The notes under the pieces are model-generated. The model saw only the letters and a list, made by a program, of their open reading frames with translations. It was not told the origin of the DNA and did not search any database. This document shows positions 1 to 13,288 of a stretch of 64,000 bases of DNA, in pieces. A program made the position numbers and the translations under genes. Source of the DNA: Podarcis pityusensis (taxonomy: Eukaryota); the NCBI GenBank assembly GCA_964106645.2, contig OZ067038.1. One strand, 5' to 3'. Within the stretch, counting starts at the first letter, position 1. Every line of letters starts with the position of its first letter.

Positions 1-40
1 TCCAGGTGCCAACTTGGATAAGAGCCCAGATTCCAGTGGT

Positions 41-350
41 TCATAAGAAGAGACTGCTGGATCAGGCCAATGGCATCCAGTTCTTACAGAGGCCAACCAG
101 ATGCCTATGGGAAAGCAGGGAGCAGGACTGGAGCAGAAGAGCACCATCCCATCCAGTGGTCCTCAGCAACTGGTATTCTAAAGCATTACTGCTGCCAGCA
201 TGGCTAGCAGTCCTCAAGAGCTCCACCCACCATGAATTTGTCTAATCCTCTTTTAAAGCCACCTAGATTGGTGGCCATCACTGCCTCCTCTGGGAGCAAG
301 TTCCACCGTGTGAAGAAGCACTTTCTTTTATCTGTTCTGATCTTAACTTT
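41..350 (-). mobile_element. CR1 LINE 3' fragment
   Basis: Minus-strand translation KIRTDKRKCFFT.WNLLPEEAVMATNLGGFKRGLDKFM matches the CR1 ORF2 C-terminus; boundaries approximate. Confidence 0.8.
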
Positions 351-510
351 TGGCATAAGATGTGAGGTCGCTGTTATGAAATAAATACTGACTAGTGGTA
401 GCAGTAGCAACTGTTGTGTGAAGCCCTGCTCTATATGTTTAGGCAGGGAGGAGGGAAGAACAATGGCTTCCTAAGAAGATGTAAAATGATTGTTTGGCTT
501 TCTCTTCTAG

Positions 511-777
511 GACTGGATGGCCCAACTAACCTGCGATTTGTCAATGAGACGGACTCTACTGTGCTGGTGACCTGGAGGCCCCCTCGTAGCCGCATTGCAG
601 GATACCGGCTTACTGTGAGCCTCACAACAGGAGGGCAACCCAAAGAGTTCACCGTGGGGCCATCAGTCACCAGATACCAGCTGAGGAACCTGCAGCCTGC
701 CTCTGAGTACACTGTGTCCCTAGTGGCTATCAAAGGAGACCAGCAAAGCAACCCGGAAACAGGAATCTTCACAACTT
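511..777 (+). CDS. FN1: Fibronectin exon 20-equivalent, FNIII-5
   Basis: tctag|GA...ACT T|gtaag; [35 protein letters not shown]...[19 protein letters not shown] matches FNIII-5. Confidence 0.96.
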
Positions 778-3409
778 GTAAGCAAGAAGCAGCTTTGGAT
801 ATTGTTTCAGTTATCCTGATATTTCCCAGGCTTATGATGAGGTTGTGTCTAAAAAAAGAGAGAGGAAAAATTATTAGTATAGAACATGAAGCTGTGTGAG
901 GTTACACGTAGTAAGGTTTGTAGTTGTGTGTGCTGAGATACCTGCTGTCATCAGTGGAGTATAAAAATAATAAATCTGCCAGCTCCTCCCTGTGCCCTAA
1001 TACTACCCGATCACCTTCAATTAGCATTGGAAATTGCCGCCCATTTTTTACTCCTTTACTCCAGTCTTCCATTGGAACCTCCTTAAGAGCAGTAGCTAAG
1101 GTGGCCAGTACAAAAGGCAAAGGAGTGGGTCAGGGTCCCTTTCGTTCCTTGGTATTTTGAGCATAGCTTCTGCCTAACACGTTTTGGGAATTACTTACCT
1201 GTTAGTTGAAGAGAGAGTTCTAAGCTTTGGTTTCATATCATAGCCTGTAGTAATCTGATGACCACAGCGCTTCAAGATCAACCTTGCTGGATACATATTG
1301 CCACCTTGCGTGGTGAAATGCAGATTTCTACCACAAGATCCAAAAGCCATCTTGAAGTGCAAGAATCATGTGAATTGCCTGACTCTACTGTGATAGACAG
1401 AATTAATGGTTGGATGGCCATCTGTCATGGATGATGTGATCCAGCCATCTGAGCATTGCAGATTGGCCATGCAATAGCAGCTCATCTGGGGCTCAGTAAA
1501 TCTCCTGGTTTTGTTGCCTTCCTGGCATTGCAAAAACAAAGCATGGGATTAGGTTTCTCCATCAGCGGCTAGTGTGGTGGGTCAGAGTAGCACTGCCACC
1601 CTCCCAACGTCAGGGTGGCGGTGATGCACTGTTGGAGCCAACTTGCATGCCACAATATGTGACTTGTAGGCTGCATTTGTTTTGGTGGGTCACAAGTTAT
1701 GTAGACCTGAGTAGACTCTGCTGGTCACCTGTAGGTGGTGTCTCTGCAATTTGTTTTGAGATGAGACTAAAGCTTCAGGCTGATTCCAAAGTTGAGTTGA
1801 TCAATGACATAGCACATGTACAAAAGAGCCATTTTTGGTTCAGACTTTTAGAATATTTGGTTTAGAAACTTCCTGATCTTAAAACTGCTGCCTTGGTTTT
1901 TTATTAGCTGTCCGCTGGCTTGTATCTGTTCCAAGTTAAATGTGCCTGATAACCAGGATCTAAGTTACATATTAATACTCTAATATTGCTTCCAGTCCCC
2001 CCCCCCCCCGCCCAGTAGAGTCATTCTGGTCTACCACTACTGGAAGTGATAGCAGGCTGTGACTCAGATGTGGTGTGACGCTTTCACCAGAAGGAACCAG
2101 CGACAGATTTTAGAAGTTGTCACCCTGTCATCTGTGTGGGAGAGATGGACACACTTGGTATATAGGTGTCTTTTTAATATATCTTTTGATTCCTGGGCAG
2201 CTGGCTACATTTTTTATACTAGCTCATCTGGCTCACCAGACCTAACTTTGGAGCCACATCCTAAGTCTATTTAATTAAGTGCATTTGGGTGTATACTTAA
2301 AGTTGCTACTACACAACAGCCAGTGTGTCTTGCAGACATTCCTTCAGAGGCAGTTAATTAGGGATTTTTATCCCAAATTGGCAACATTTTACTTGTTTAC
2401 AGAGGAAGGGAAGCCGTTGTTTTGGTAGCCATGCGGTGTTGTTTTCTCTGCTGGGTAGTACTTTGAACTCACTTTGAAGCTGATGTAAATAATGAGATCC
2501 CTCTGCTTTGCAAACTAGAAGTAATGCACAGTGCTCAGGCCTTATGCCGGCTGCTTCCAGCTTTGCACCCAGGCGCTGGTTTGGGGTTCATATGCATTCA
2601 TACACGTAAACGTGTTTTGTTGGCATGAACCATCTCCTTTGGTTAGCCCATGACCCTGAGGACCAGGTGGCAGGAAGAAGAGTAGCCTGGTTACTATGGC
2701 AATGACTAAATCTGCTTTGGCAGACAAGAGTTGGAATGAAATGCAAACTCCTTATCCTGGTACTAAAGAGTTGAGCCTGGCCTACTGAGCGCTGGGTGGG
2801 CTCAGCTTCTGGGATGGCTGCCTCCCTGTGCTGTCACAAGAACTCTCCTCCTCATGGGAAAGAAAGGAGGTGGTGGCAGGCATGGTAATAATGGTTGCAA
2901 AACAAAGTGGGGATAGGAAGGCCAAGGAGGAGGAATCTCAGGACTTCTGGAAAAGCCTGCTAAAGACCTTGTGCTGCTATCAGGACAGGAAGACTTTGGG
3001 GGTAAAAGTCCTGGGCCCCCATTCAGCAAAATGAGGACAACTCTCAAACATAGCAGACCTGGCTTCTCACATTTTGTACACATTCCTATCTAAAGAGCCC
3101 ACCACCACCAGACCATCAAACCCAGAGTCTCAAATTACTTGACTGCACCATGAACCTGTGGAAGAGCTGAGAGAATGCTAAACCCTCTTTCCTTCTCATG
3201 GAGAGATAACTGCTGGGGGCATGGAATATGCTCCTATGCCTCTCTGGTTACCCACATAGTATGCTTAAAGACCATCTTTGTAGGAATTTGGGTTCCAGCT
3301 CACAGGACTAGAGTCCAACTCTCTGGAATTAGGCCCACAGAGTTTGTAGACTACTCTTTATAACAGGACTAATTTCCTGGTGAGAATGCCCACCTCCTGC
3401 TGCAAATTT

Positions 3410-4146
3410 TGGGACTGCCTCTGAAGACTCCAGTTGGTGCAGAATTCAGTGGCCTGCTGCTAACCGGGCAGGACGGTTCAAGCATATACAGTGGTACCTC
3501 GGGTTAAGAACTTAATTTGTTCAGGAGGTCCGTTCTTAACCTGAAACTGTTCTTAACGTGAGGTACCACTTTAGCCAATGGGGCCTCCCGTTGCTGGCGC
3601 GCGATTTCTGTTCTCATCCCGAGGTAAAGTTCTTAACCCAAGGTACTATTTCTGGGTTAGCAGAGTCTCTAACCTGAAGCATCTGTAACCTGAAGCGCCT
3701 GCAACCCGAGGTACCACTGTAACTCCATTCCTGGCCCGACTGCACTGGCTGCCAATCAGTGTCAGAGCCCAACGCCAAGTGCTGGTTTTTGACCTTTAAG
3801 CAGCTCAGGACCGCCTCTCCCCATAGGAACCAGCTCTGACCTTGTGCTCAGATTCTCAGGCCCTTCTTTGTGTGCCTCCTTTTCTGGGGTGGGGTGTCCT
3901 TCCCAGGGAGGATCACCTGGCTCCAGTATTATATCTCTTTAGGCACCAGCCAAAACCTTTCCTCTATAACCAGGCCTTTGGCCTTTAATTATCTGCAGCT
4001 TTTTAGGGTGTGATGTTTTTAATGTATTTCTCTTTCTTTTTGGTTTCAATGTACAGTATCTATGCGGGGTTTGACTAGTTGCTTGGTTGTAAGTCGCTTT
4101 GGGTTGCGCTGGGCAAGATAAGCGACTGACAAATTAAATAAATAAA
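3410..4146 (+). mobile_element. L2-clade LINE 3' fragment interrupted by a MITE
   Basis: Degenerate LQLVQN..A.LL.G...HITP.LARLHWLPI..RAQ.KVLV motif and (AAAT)n tail; boundaries approximate. Confidence 0.7.
3489..3719. mobile_element. Tc1/mariner-pogo type MITE, 231 bp
   Basis: TIR CAGTGGTACCTCGGGTT / AACCCGAGGTACCACTG, TA duplicated on both sides. Confidence 0.9.
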
Positions 4147-4317
4147 CTAGTCCAAGGAAATTCCATACTACAAATAAAAATATTACAGCAACAGATGTTG
4201 TATGTGACACTCTTACAATATGAGGCAAAATATAAAATACAGTTCATGGCAAGCTGGCATCTCTAAGTGTCGTGATGTTGTTTAAATGGGAGCTCTTTTT
4301 GTGATTTCATCTTACAG

Positions 4318-4412
4318 TACAGCCCTCAGGCTCTGTTCCTCACTATACCACTGAAGTGACAGAAACATCTATTGTTATTACCTGGACACCAGCTCCAAGA
4401 ATTGGGTTTAAG
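4318..4412 (+). CDS. FN1: Fibronectin exon 21-eq, FNIII-6 first half
   Basis: acag|TA...AAG|gtaag; [32 protein letters not shown]. Confidence 0.95.
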
Positions 4413-4753
4413 GTAAGAAAACAGCCACAAATTCCCACCCTACCAGTACTTCAGGTATCACTTAAACAGACATGAAAACCAATCTACCTCAGCAGGGGGA
4501 GAGACCCCTGGTTCAAAAGGGCTTATTACAACTAATGGCTCATGGCTATTTGACAACTTGTAGTAGCAATTGATACACTGGCTGAACGTCATTTGTTTTA
4601 AGCCTGATGTAACAGATTAGAAGTTAAAGGTTCAAAGGTTCAAAGGTTCCTGGAGCAGCTACAAACATTTGTTTATAATTTATAAAATCCACAGTTAAAA
4701 GTGGTTTGAATGTAATCTCCTAAGCAGCTAACAAAGAAGCAAAAATTAACAAG

Positions 4754-4756
<3 letters not shown>

Positions 4757-4822
<66 letters not shown>

Positions 4823-4823
4823 A
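4757..4823. repeat. Compound (TC)n(AC)n microsatellite
   Basis: Directly visible. Confidence 0.95.
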
Positions 4824-5487
4824 AAAGCATCCTGATGAAATGAAGTTGTGAAAATGTTGTCTAGCATATGTTATCCTGCTAATGTGGCCTTGGTGCAAAA
4901 AGGGAACCTTGCTGCAGCGTGCATAAGATTTCATGTTTGTTGTTAATCATTCTTAGTTCTAGTAGTTCTTGTGCCAAAAAAAAAACAAAAAAAGGCCAGG
5001 CTATGTTTCAAGAAAACTCTTAGTTCTGAGCCCAGAATGAACAATTCTACAGCGCATAAAATTGCTTAATAGAAATAATTAAACATTTCCAAACTTGGTA
5101 TTTCATTTGGTTGCAGATAGAGTTGTTGTGGGGTTTTTTGATAGAGTGGTTAAGAAGCCAAGGGAGAAGGGGCAGCAGAGGCAAGATGCTAGGAATGGAA
5201 AGTCAGCAGAGAAACCAGAAGCTGTTAGAGCCACAGAACTCTTTCCCTTTTCCTCCCTGCTTTAGTCTCTGCTCTCTACAATACTGAGGACTAGATATCT
5301 ACTTTTCTGAAATGAAATCCTGAAGTTCTCAGAAAGCTCGGGTTCCACCATGCATATATCTTTGCAGAATTCAACTCCTAATAGTTTTGATCATCCACAT
5401 TAAGCTATACTGGTGTTCTTCACAGGAGTACATACTACAGCAGCCATTGTTAGCTGTGAATAATTCTTCATTCTTTTCCTTCTGCAG

Positions 5488-5656
5488 CTGGGTGTGCGAC
5501 CAAGCCAAGGTGGAGAAGCTCCAAGGGAGGTCATCTCTGAGTCTGGGAGCATTGTCATCTCGGGTCTGACTCCTGGTGTGCATTACGACTACACCATCAC
5601 AGTACTCATGGATGGTCAAGAGAGGATCACACCCATCACCAAGACAATAGTTACAC
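5488..5656 (+). CDS. FN1: Fibronectin exon 22-eq, FNIII-6 second half
   Basis: gcag|CTG...ACA C|gtatg; [56 protein letters not shown]. Confidence 0.95.
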
Positions 5657-6149
5657 GTATGACACATTTTAACTATCACATAATGAACACTGCTTTTTTA
5701 GGCCAAAGATCCCAAAGCCATTATCCCCCACAGAAGTCTGTGGAATTATTTTGGAGTGGTTTCTTTGTAAAATAAATCGGGCAGATTTGAGCCAGTATAT
5801 GTGGAAGAGGGGGTAGCACAGGTGTATTCCTACCACAGATAAGACTTGTTTCCTGCTAACCTGGGCCTGGTACATCCTGACACCTCCAGCAGACCAGCCC
5901 ATAAGGATCAGACTGCCATGAGGTGCTGCTGGGCTTTGGTAGCTCACAACATGTCATGGCTAGCTTAGAGAGCAGGGTTCAGTCCATGACCCAGAGAAAA
6001 TAGTGTAAGTTGGAAGAATAGCTCTTGGAAGAACCTTTTGATGCTCAGGTTTTATATTTCCAGGTGGCTTTGGTGGTGCAAAATGCCTCCCATCAGCTTC
6101 AGCTGCTGGCCCCACCACCCCTACCCTATATGGACAGGGATATATTTGT

Positions 6150-6715
6150 GTTGTCTCTGCTCTGGTAACCTCTAGGTTAGATTACTGTAATGGGGCTGCC
6201 TTTGAAGATGTTTCAAAAACTGCAAATGTTGGAGAATTCTGCAACCAGGTTGCTCATGATGGTCTGAGCACAGAACATCAATCCTGGCCTGTGTGCAGTG
6301 GCTGCCAGATGGTTTACTGGCCCAATTCAAAATGCTGGTTTTTACCTTTAAAGCCATATGCAGTTTAGGACCCCAATGCTTCAAGGACTGTCTGTCCCCA
6401 TATAATCTAATCTGCGCCCTGCATTCCAAGGGAAGTGCAGAGGGGGGCAGTGCGAGAATAGGCTTTCTCTGTGGTGGCCCCTTGTTTATGAAATGATCTT
6501 CCCAGGGAAGATCTCTTTTTAGGCGCCGGGCAAAAACATTCTTGTTTATCCATACCTTTGGATCTTAACTTCCTGCTTCTCTTTTAGTGTGGTGGGGTGG
6601 AGTTTGCATCTATTCTATTTATACATGTTATATGTTTGTAGTTTGGGCTGTTTTAGCACTGTTTTTAATGTTTTTTGTAAGTCACATTGAGTTTCATTTT
6701 TGAAAAAAGCAACTA
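6150..6715 (+). mobile_element. L2-clade LINE 3' fragment
   Basis: VTSRLDYCN..LPLK...KLQ and QWLP...AQFKMLVFTFKA..LGP..KDCL remnants; boundaries approximate. Confidence 0.7.
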
Positions 6716-6780
6716 ATACTGAAAACTCTTTCTGTTGCCTATCTAGTGAAATCTTAAAACAATGATTTTACTACTTATAG

Positions 6781-6867
6781 CTCTGTCACCACCAACCAAC
6801 TTGGAACTTGATTCCAACCCCAAAACTGGAATCCTCACTGTCTCGTGGGAAAGAAGCACATCTCCAG
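6781..6867 (+). CDS. FN1: Fibronectin exon 23-eq, FNIII-7 first half
   Basis: atag|CT...CCA G|gtatt; [29 protein letters not shown]. Confidence 0.95.
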
Positions 6868-7540
6868 GTATTTATATTGTGCATGGCTAGGAACTGCCCT
6901 TTTGACTGTGCAGCACTCTAGATCCTCAGCAATTCTCCAAGATGAGCTGTCATTTTGGGCATTGTTAACCAGATACTGGATACATCTGTTATAGTGCCAT
7001 TTCTAGTACAGAGGGAAAGGAGGGCACTCCTTTCTAGGGAGCATTTTGAAAAAGAATAGCACCATTGGAATCTGCCCACTAAGAAAACAAGGAGGGTAAG
7101 AATATGGTAACTCTTCTACAACGTATTGCATTTCTTTGTGAATGCCCTCCCTCAAAGCTATCAAACACCTTTGAAAGGTTGTCTTTCAAACATTTGTGTT
7201 AAAAATAATGTATTTAGGAGAAAAATGGAAAATTAACATTGAAACACACCATAGATCTGTGTCTCAGTATGTTCATGAAGCACATCTCATTGGATTATAT
7301 TGAAAGTATATATTCCTGCAATTTCTATAAGTCTATAACAAATGGAAACATCAGAATGCTTCATACTTGCCCCACATTCTGTGAAAACAATTATGTGTCA
7401 CAGGCAATTGGAGGGGACCTTCTTGCTGTCAGATTTCCAGGTTTTAAGACCATTTCACATTTTTAAATAGCTGTGCTTCTGTCTAGTTTTAAGGAAGTAG
7501 AGTATAAGTGCCAACTAAGCCCTTTACTTTTGTACTTTAG

Positions 7541-7732
7541 ATGTAACTGGATACAGAATTACTACTGTCCCTACAAATGGACAGCAAGGTTTCACTCTGG
7601 AGGAAGAAGTTGATGCTGAACAGACATCCTGCATCTTTGAAAATCTGAGTCCCGGAGTGGAATACAATGTCAGTGTTTACACAGTCAAAGATGACCAGGA
7701 GAGCTCGCCCATCTTTGAAACCATCACACAAG
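7541..7732 (+). CDS. FN1: Fibronectin exon 24-eq, FNIII-7 second half
   Basis: ttag|AT...CAA G|gtaaa; [64 protein letters not shown] (free Cys of III-7 kept). Confidence 0.95.
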
Positions 7733-10450
7733 GTAAAATTTAAAAACTGAGCAGCAGATTTGACAAATTTCACAGGGAGCCATCCTATAAATTTCTGTAC
7801 TTATGAAAGCTGTACCTGAACATCTTTCGGTGAAGATTTTTCATTGGTTGTGTGCATGTTTATTCATAAATAAATCCTGTTCAGTTCAGTGCAATTTACT
7901 TCTAATTAGGATCACAGCCCTGGACACCAAGACAAACATACTTGCTCATTCCATATGGTTTTTATACTATTGTCTTATTTTGCATAGGTATACAACAGTG
8001 GTGAGCAGATTGGCCTTGGATTCGCTGCCTCTGACTCAGGGGAAATGGATCACTAAACATTTTGGGTTTATTCATATGTTACATTTTGTGTGGGTTTCCA
8101 TGTTGCTGTATCAAATCTAGACAAACCAGATCAAGTACCAGTTAATAATGGTCAGAGGTGTGAAGAATATTTTAGAAAATAAGGTTCTTATTTGTTCAGG
8201 TGACATTGCCCATTGAAAATCAACAGTGCTTGATGTTTAGAAAGATTCTGGTGGAGGACCAATGTTCTCTGCTGCTGGATAAGCTCACTCAAGAGTCAAG
8301 TGTACCGTCTCTGTATTGAGCTGTTGCCATGCTGATCCCAGATATCATGAAATACAAAATGAGCAAGTTGATCCAGTTGATCACTAGTAAAATATTAAGC
8401 CTTCATATGTGTTTACTCAGATGTTAGCCCTACTTTATTAACAGTGAGACTTGCTCACAGGTAAATGTGCATATGATTGCAGCTATAGACCAAGAAAAAG
8501 TATCTCTTTGCTCTTTATTTGTGCTCAGAAGTATGTGTTATGACTGAAAATGTACACCCTGCCCTTCTTCTGTTGTAGAAGATGATGGTCTGGGATGTCT
8601 CAGTCTAGCCTTATGTTTGTAGTGCTGTAAAACCCCAAACCTGTCATTATGGGATTTTGCCTTATCCCCACCCCCCACCCCAATGGCTCCCAGCTCCTGT
8701 GTTTCACAGATGCTTGCCATTAACACTGCTTGGCATTTCTGTGCTCTTGTTGAGTCTCTCTTTGCTCCTATGGGCAACTAACACCCTGGTTTGAGTTAAT
8801 TCAACAATCAGGTCCTTAACCCAATGCCACTTTCTAACACAAAGAAGCACTGGGGGAAAACTTTTTGTATGTCTTTAGTGCTTTCTTTACAGGTGATATG
8901 GTAAGCGTATCCCACAAAGATAAGTGGTTATTTGGTAGAAAATTGATACTTTCTTTTTCAGTTCTGCTCAGTGGTTTTCCATAACAGAATGGAAAAAGGT
9001 TCTGAAATTATTAAACCAATGTTTTGCACCAGATGTAGACCAACTTTGAAAGATTCCTTATCAATTTAAGAATTGTATACTCCTCCCACCAAAGAAAACA
9101 TAAAACACACATTTGCCCTGAAACAGGCTGTGTCCCTTTCCCCATCCTTCCCATCCCTCTATAGTATAGTAGCACATAACATATTTTACGTAAGCGCCTC
9201 AAAACTGCTTCCATTCAAAGACAAAGTGAGGTAGGACTCTATTCCTAGAGTGATCTATCAACCAACTTTGCTACAGCTGTTGCTCATAAGTGTTACTTCG
9301 CCTTAGAAATTACCTGCTGAATAATCACCAGGCTGTGTAATATATACTATATGTAGGGCTGGATGTACAAAATCAATATTTTGCTTCAGGATGATTAGCC
9401 CATGAAAACAATGTCAGGTAAAGGAACATGTCTCATTCATCACTTAGACTAGAATCCCTTGCCATTTTTAACTTCACAAATGACAATTCTGTAAGGATGA
9501 CATGTTTTATGTTTCAGACTGCTGTACTGTACACAGTTACTTGGTGGGATTAACTCCAATTAGGATTATGTTTCAAGGCTATGATCTTTCTAAAAGTTTG
9601 CACTCAGAAAAGAATGGCTTTGTTAGATACTGAAGTTGATAGGAGTGAACGTCTGTAGTGCAGGTCAAAAAAGCAGGCACAAAAGAAGCAATATTAGTCC
9701 CGTTACGATAATAATAATTTATTATTTATACCCCGCCCTTCAGGCTGGGTTTCCCCAGCCACACTAATGAATCCATTAAAAGTGTCTGAGCCACTTGATC
9801 ACCATCCTTAGCCTCTCTTTTTTTTAAAGTGTCTTCTCGGTTGTGTACTGGTTGGCAACTTCCCCCACCCATAAGTCTACAGCCTTCTGGTCTGTGACGT
9901 GACGCATAGAAACTGTTTCCTCCCCACTTTATCCTAATTGAAAGTAGAATATTTAACCAAGGCAATTGCTTTCGAGTAATACTGCAACTGGCAAAACAAT
10001 CTGAACCTGATTATCTGTGTGGAACATGTATAACCCAGGCAAGCTGTCATTAACTACTAATGATTTGTACAAGGAAAACTTGGTACGGGCAAGCATATGT
10101 GTTAGTTGGAGAAGCAAACTTTTAAGACTGTGGGGCTCAAGCGTTAGTTGATAGGGTCTCATACATTCCTGCCAATTTGATTCCCTCCGCCCCCCCGAGA
10201 TGGGCTCCTTTGTTGTTTTACATATGCTGGAGCAGGTGCCATTTTGCTCCATCCTAAAAACATATTTGCTGGCAGAGTGTTTCATGAGAATTGGCTGCAA
10301 ATCCTGCAGAACATCTCTAATGACATTCAGAAGAGATGTTCTGCAGGTATTGTAAGAGGGTTTAGCTATCTAACCCATTGCTGTATGTTGTAAATGGTGG
10401 ACTTGCTTTTCATAGGGAAATATCGCATATCACCACAATTACTTCGCTAG

Positions 10451-10569
10451 TTCTTCACTTTTAATTCACTGCTGAATTCACTGATGATCACTGCTTTTTC
10501 TTTCTCTTCCTTCTTGTTGTATTTTGCCTCCGTTTGTCTTTGGCTCCCTGTTTTGCTCTGTAACACAAT
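10451..10569 (+). promoter_or_regulatory. Long AG-exclusion zone / polypyrimidine tract of the EDB 3' splice site
   Basis: No AG dinucleotide for about 119 nt upstream of the acceptor; branch-like CTGA motifs at about 10472-10486. Confidence 0.7.
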
Positions 10570-10571
10570 AG

Positions 10572-10844
10572 AGGTGCCCCACCTCACTGACTTAAGCTTT
10601 GTCGACGTAACTGATACAAGCATCGGCCTGAGGTGGACCCCACTAAATGCCTCCACCATTATTGGCTACCGCATCACAGTAGCTGCAGCAGGAGAAAGTG
10701 CCCCCATTTCTGAAGATTTTGTGGACTCTTCAGAGGGACACTATACGGTCACAGGCTTGGAGCCAGGCATTGATTATGAGATCAGCGTAATCACACTCAT
10801 TAATGGCGGAGAGAGTGCCCCTGCTACGCTGACTCAGCAAACTG
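10572..10844 (+). CDS. FN1: Fibronectin alternatively spliced extra domain B (EDB/EIIIB), exon 25-eq
   Basis: 273-nt phase 1-1 exon; [26 protein letters not shown]...[19 protein letters not shown]; weak donor G|gtgatt. Confidence 0.96.
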
Positions 10845-11454
10845 GTGATTGTTGAAGACCTCCTGTGTTGAGAGGACTGTTTCATGCTGTCACTAGCTGC
10901 TTGGATGACTGGTTTGCTCAGTGGAGAAATGGGCCTCTTGCTTTGTTTAGGGAGAGGTGGCCAGGGGACATTTTTGGAAGTTCAATGGGAACAGATATAC
11001 AGTATTATACACATAATTTCCTTTTAATATTTCCACCAATTTGAGGTTGAATCTTGCATCTCAATAGCAGGTTGAAGCATCTTGCCAAATTCTCAGTGGA
11101 TGATAATTTATTTGGCTTTTGCAATTCTATCTCCTAATGTTTTTGTGGATAGAAAACATTTCTCTAACATTTCTTCTCACAGCTTTATTATCATTTCACA
11201 GTGCATATCTGAGCTGGGCTTGAACCCACATCTCAGAAGTTTCAGAACCTATGTGATGTATCCACATTGGCTTTCCTAGCCACAATGGAGATAAATGGAA
11301 TAATCCAAATACAAAAGCAATATCTTGGAGTCCATTGTCCTAATCCTCACTTAGTGGCCCAAGTGTTCAAGTGATTCCCCCAAAATGGTCTGGGGAAGAA
11401 GGCATCCTCCAATCACGCTAGTGACAGGCATGGCAGTCTTTGAAACCTCTGTAG

Positions 11455-11953
11455 TGCATGTACAGAAAATGACCTGGGAGTTTGTTTTGCATGGAAAGAC
11501 TAGTATGTTCACCTTAGCTGGGTAAGGCTTTATAACCTTTTCCTATGTAAGTAGTTGTAGAGTCCTAGAGACTTCACAGCTATTGTTCATCCTCCCCTCT
11601 GTATGCATGTTAGTGTTATGGAAGTGGTGCCTTTTCCCGCCTCTGAGCTGCTGTGGAGCACATTGGGCCTCTCTGATTTGAGATGGATCTCAAGATCCAT
11701 AGGCAAAAGACAACAATACAGGAACTCACTGCTTGTCTTTTTTCTTCTTTAAAAAAGTAATATTATGGAATACATTTGGAATCCATAACGGTTTTGCTGA
11801 GAGGTTAAAGGTGCTTTACATCAGCTTTAACTGTATAATGAAAGATTGAAAGATTACTGCAGCTTACTTTCGTGGAATGAAACATAGTTTAGTAGTACAT
11901 TTGCATGGGTTTGATTTTGTAATGGATTCCTCCCCCCCTTTTTTTTTTGCATG
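11455..11953 (+). promoter_or_regulatory. RBFOX-type TGCATG intronic splicing enhancer cluster downstream of EDB
   Basis: TGCATG at 11455, 11488, 11604, 11902 and 11948; this hexamer array is the known EIIIB intronic control region. Confidence 0.85.
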
Positions 11954-12037
11954 GGATTGTTTGTATATTTTTGAAACACTATTGAATCGAATTCTGGTGC
12001 TTCTAAAATTACTGAAAATATTGTCCTTTAACCTCAG

Positions 12038-12220
12038 CTGTCCCTCCTCCCACTGATCTGCGTTTTACCAATGTGGGCCATGACACTATAAGAGTAACTT
12101 GGACTCCACCAACCTCCATTGAACTGACCAACTTCCTCGTTCGTTTCTCACCTGTGAAGAAAGAGGAGGATGTTGCAGAGCTGTCTATCTCACCATCTGA
12201 CAATGCAGTGGTTTTAACAA
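12038..12220 (+). CDS. FN1: Fibronectin exon 26-eq, FNIII-8 first half
   Basis: tcag|CT...ACA A|gtaag; [61 protein letters not shown]. Confidence 0.96.
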
Positions 12221-13198
12221 GTAAGAGACTGCTTCATTGATACGTTTTATCCAGTCATCAAACTGATGTGATTTGATATTGGAATTGGTAGACTTTGGGG
12301 GAGTGTGTGGGGAGATGATTGGCTAGACGTCTACTTTAGACTCTTGCTGTCACTCTTTATATGCATTTTCTATGGCTATTTTTCATTTGTTTTCCCCTCA
12401 ATTCACCAAATCTCATTTTGATGGCCTCTATTTCATTTTTCTCTTTGTAGTTACTACTTTAAACTCTATGCAAAAAGTCTTATGAGGAAATCATGTACTG
12501 GAAGAAACGTGTTGTATTAAATTATAAATACACAGTCGGGTAGCCCTGAAAAATTATGTTTCTGTTTGTTTGGAATTTATCCATCCCACAATAGAATATG
12601 AGCTCTGTCACCAGTACCTAAGTCCTGGTAGGCCAACAGTACATGACACATCTGACCCAGCCTAAACTCTCTGAGATGCTCTTAGGTTAAACATTTTCTG
12701 CTGGCAGTGTTTCTCATCTCTCCCAGACAGTGAAAATGAATGTCAGAATTAAAGAGTTGCTGCCATTTGTACTTTAGTTCTTATGTGCATTTCTGACAAG
12801 TACACAATTTGACAAGGCCTTGGTAGAAAAAATTAAAGAGTTTTGTTGATGGAGGTAGATATGGAAACAGTACAAGCTTCAGAGCTTTTCCAGTAAAGAA
12901 CATGGAAATTCTAGCTGGAAATGCTTTGTGAATAAATGACAATAGGCAAAACTGTCAGAGAGTGAGAAACTTGTTTTGTAGGCTGGAAAGATCCATTGGG
13001 TTGGGGGGGACCAGCAATTTTTTCAGCGGATAATGCTGCATGCTCAGGTAATGTAACATTTAGAACTTTGCTAAACAACATAGCTGGAAATGACCATTTT
13101 TGTTTAGCAAAGGAGCTCTGCTGGGTAAAAAGCTGAGATTTGCAATTGTTTCTAGAGGAATTTAAATATCCTAAATCATTGCTGTTTTAACTCTTCAG

Positions 13199-13288
13199 AT
13201 CTTCTCCCTGGCACTGTGTATTTGATCAGGGTTTACAGTGTATATGAACAACGTGAGAGTAAACCTCTGAGCGGAGAGCAGAAAACAG
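13199..13288 (+). CDS. FN1: Fibronectin exon 27-eq, FNIII-8 second half
   Basis: tcag|AT...ACA G|gtctg; [30 protein letters not shown]. Confidence 0.94.
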
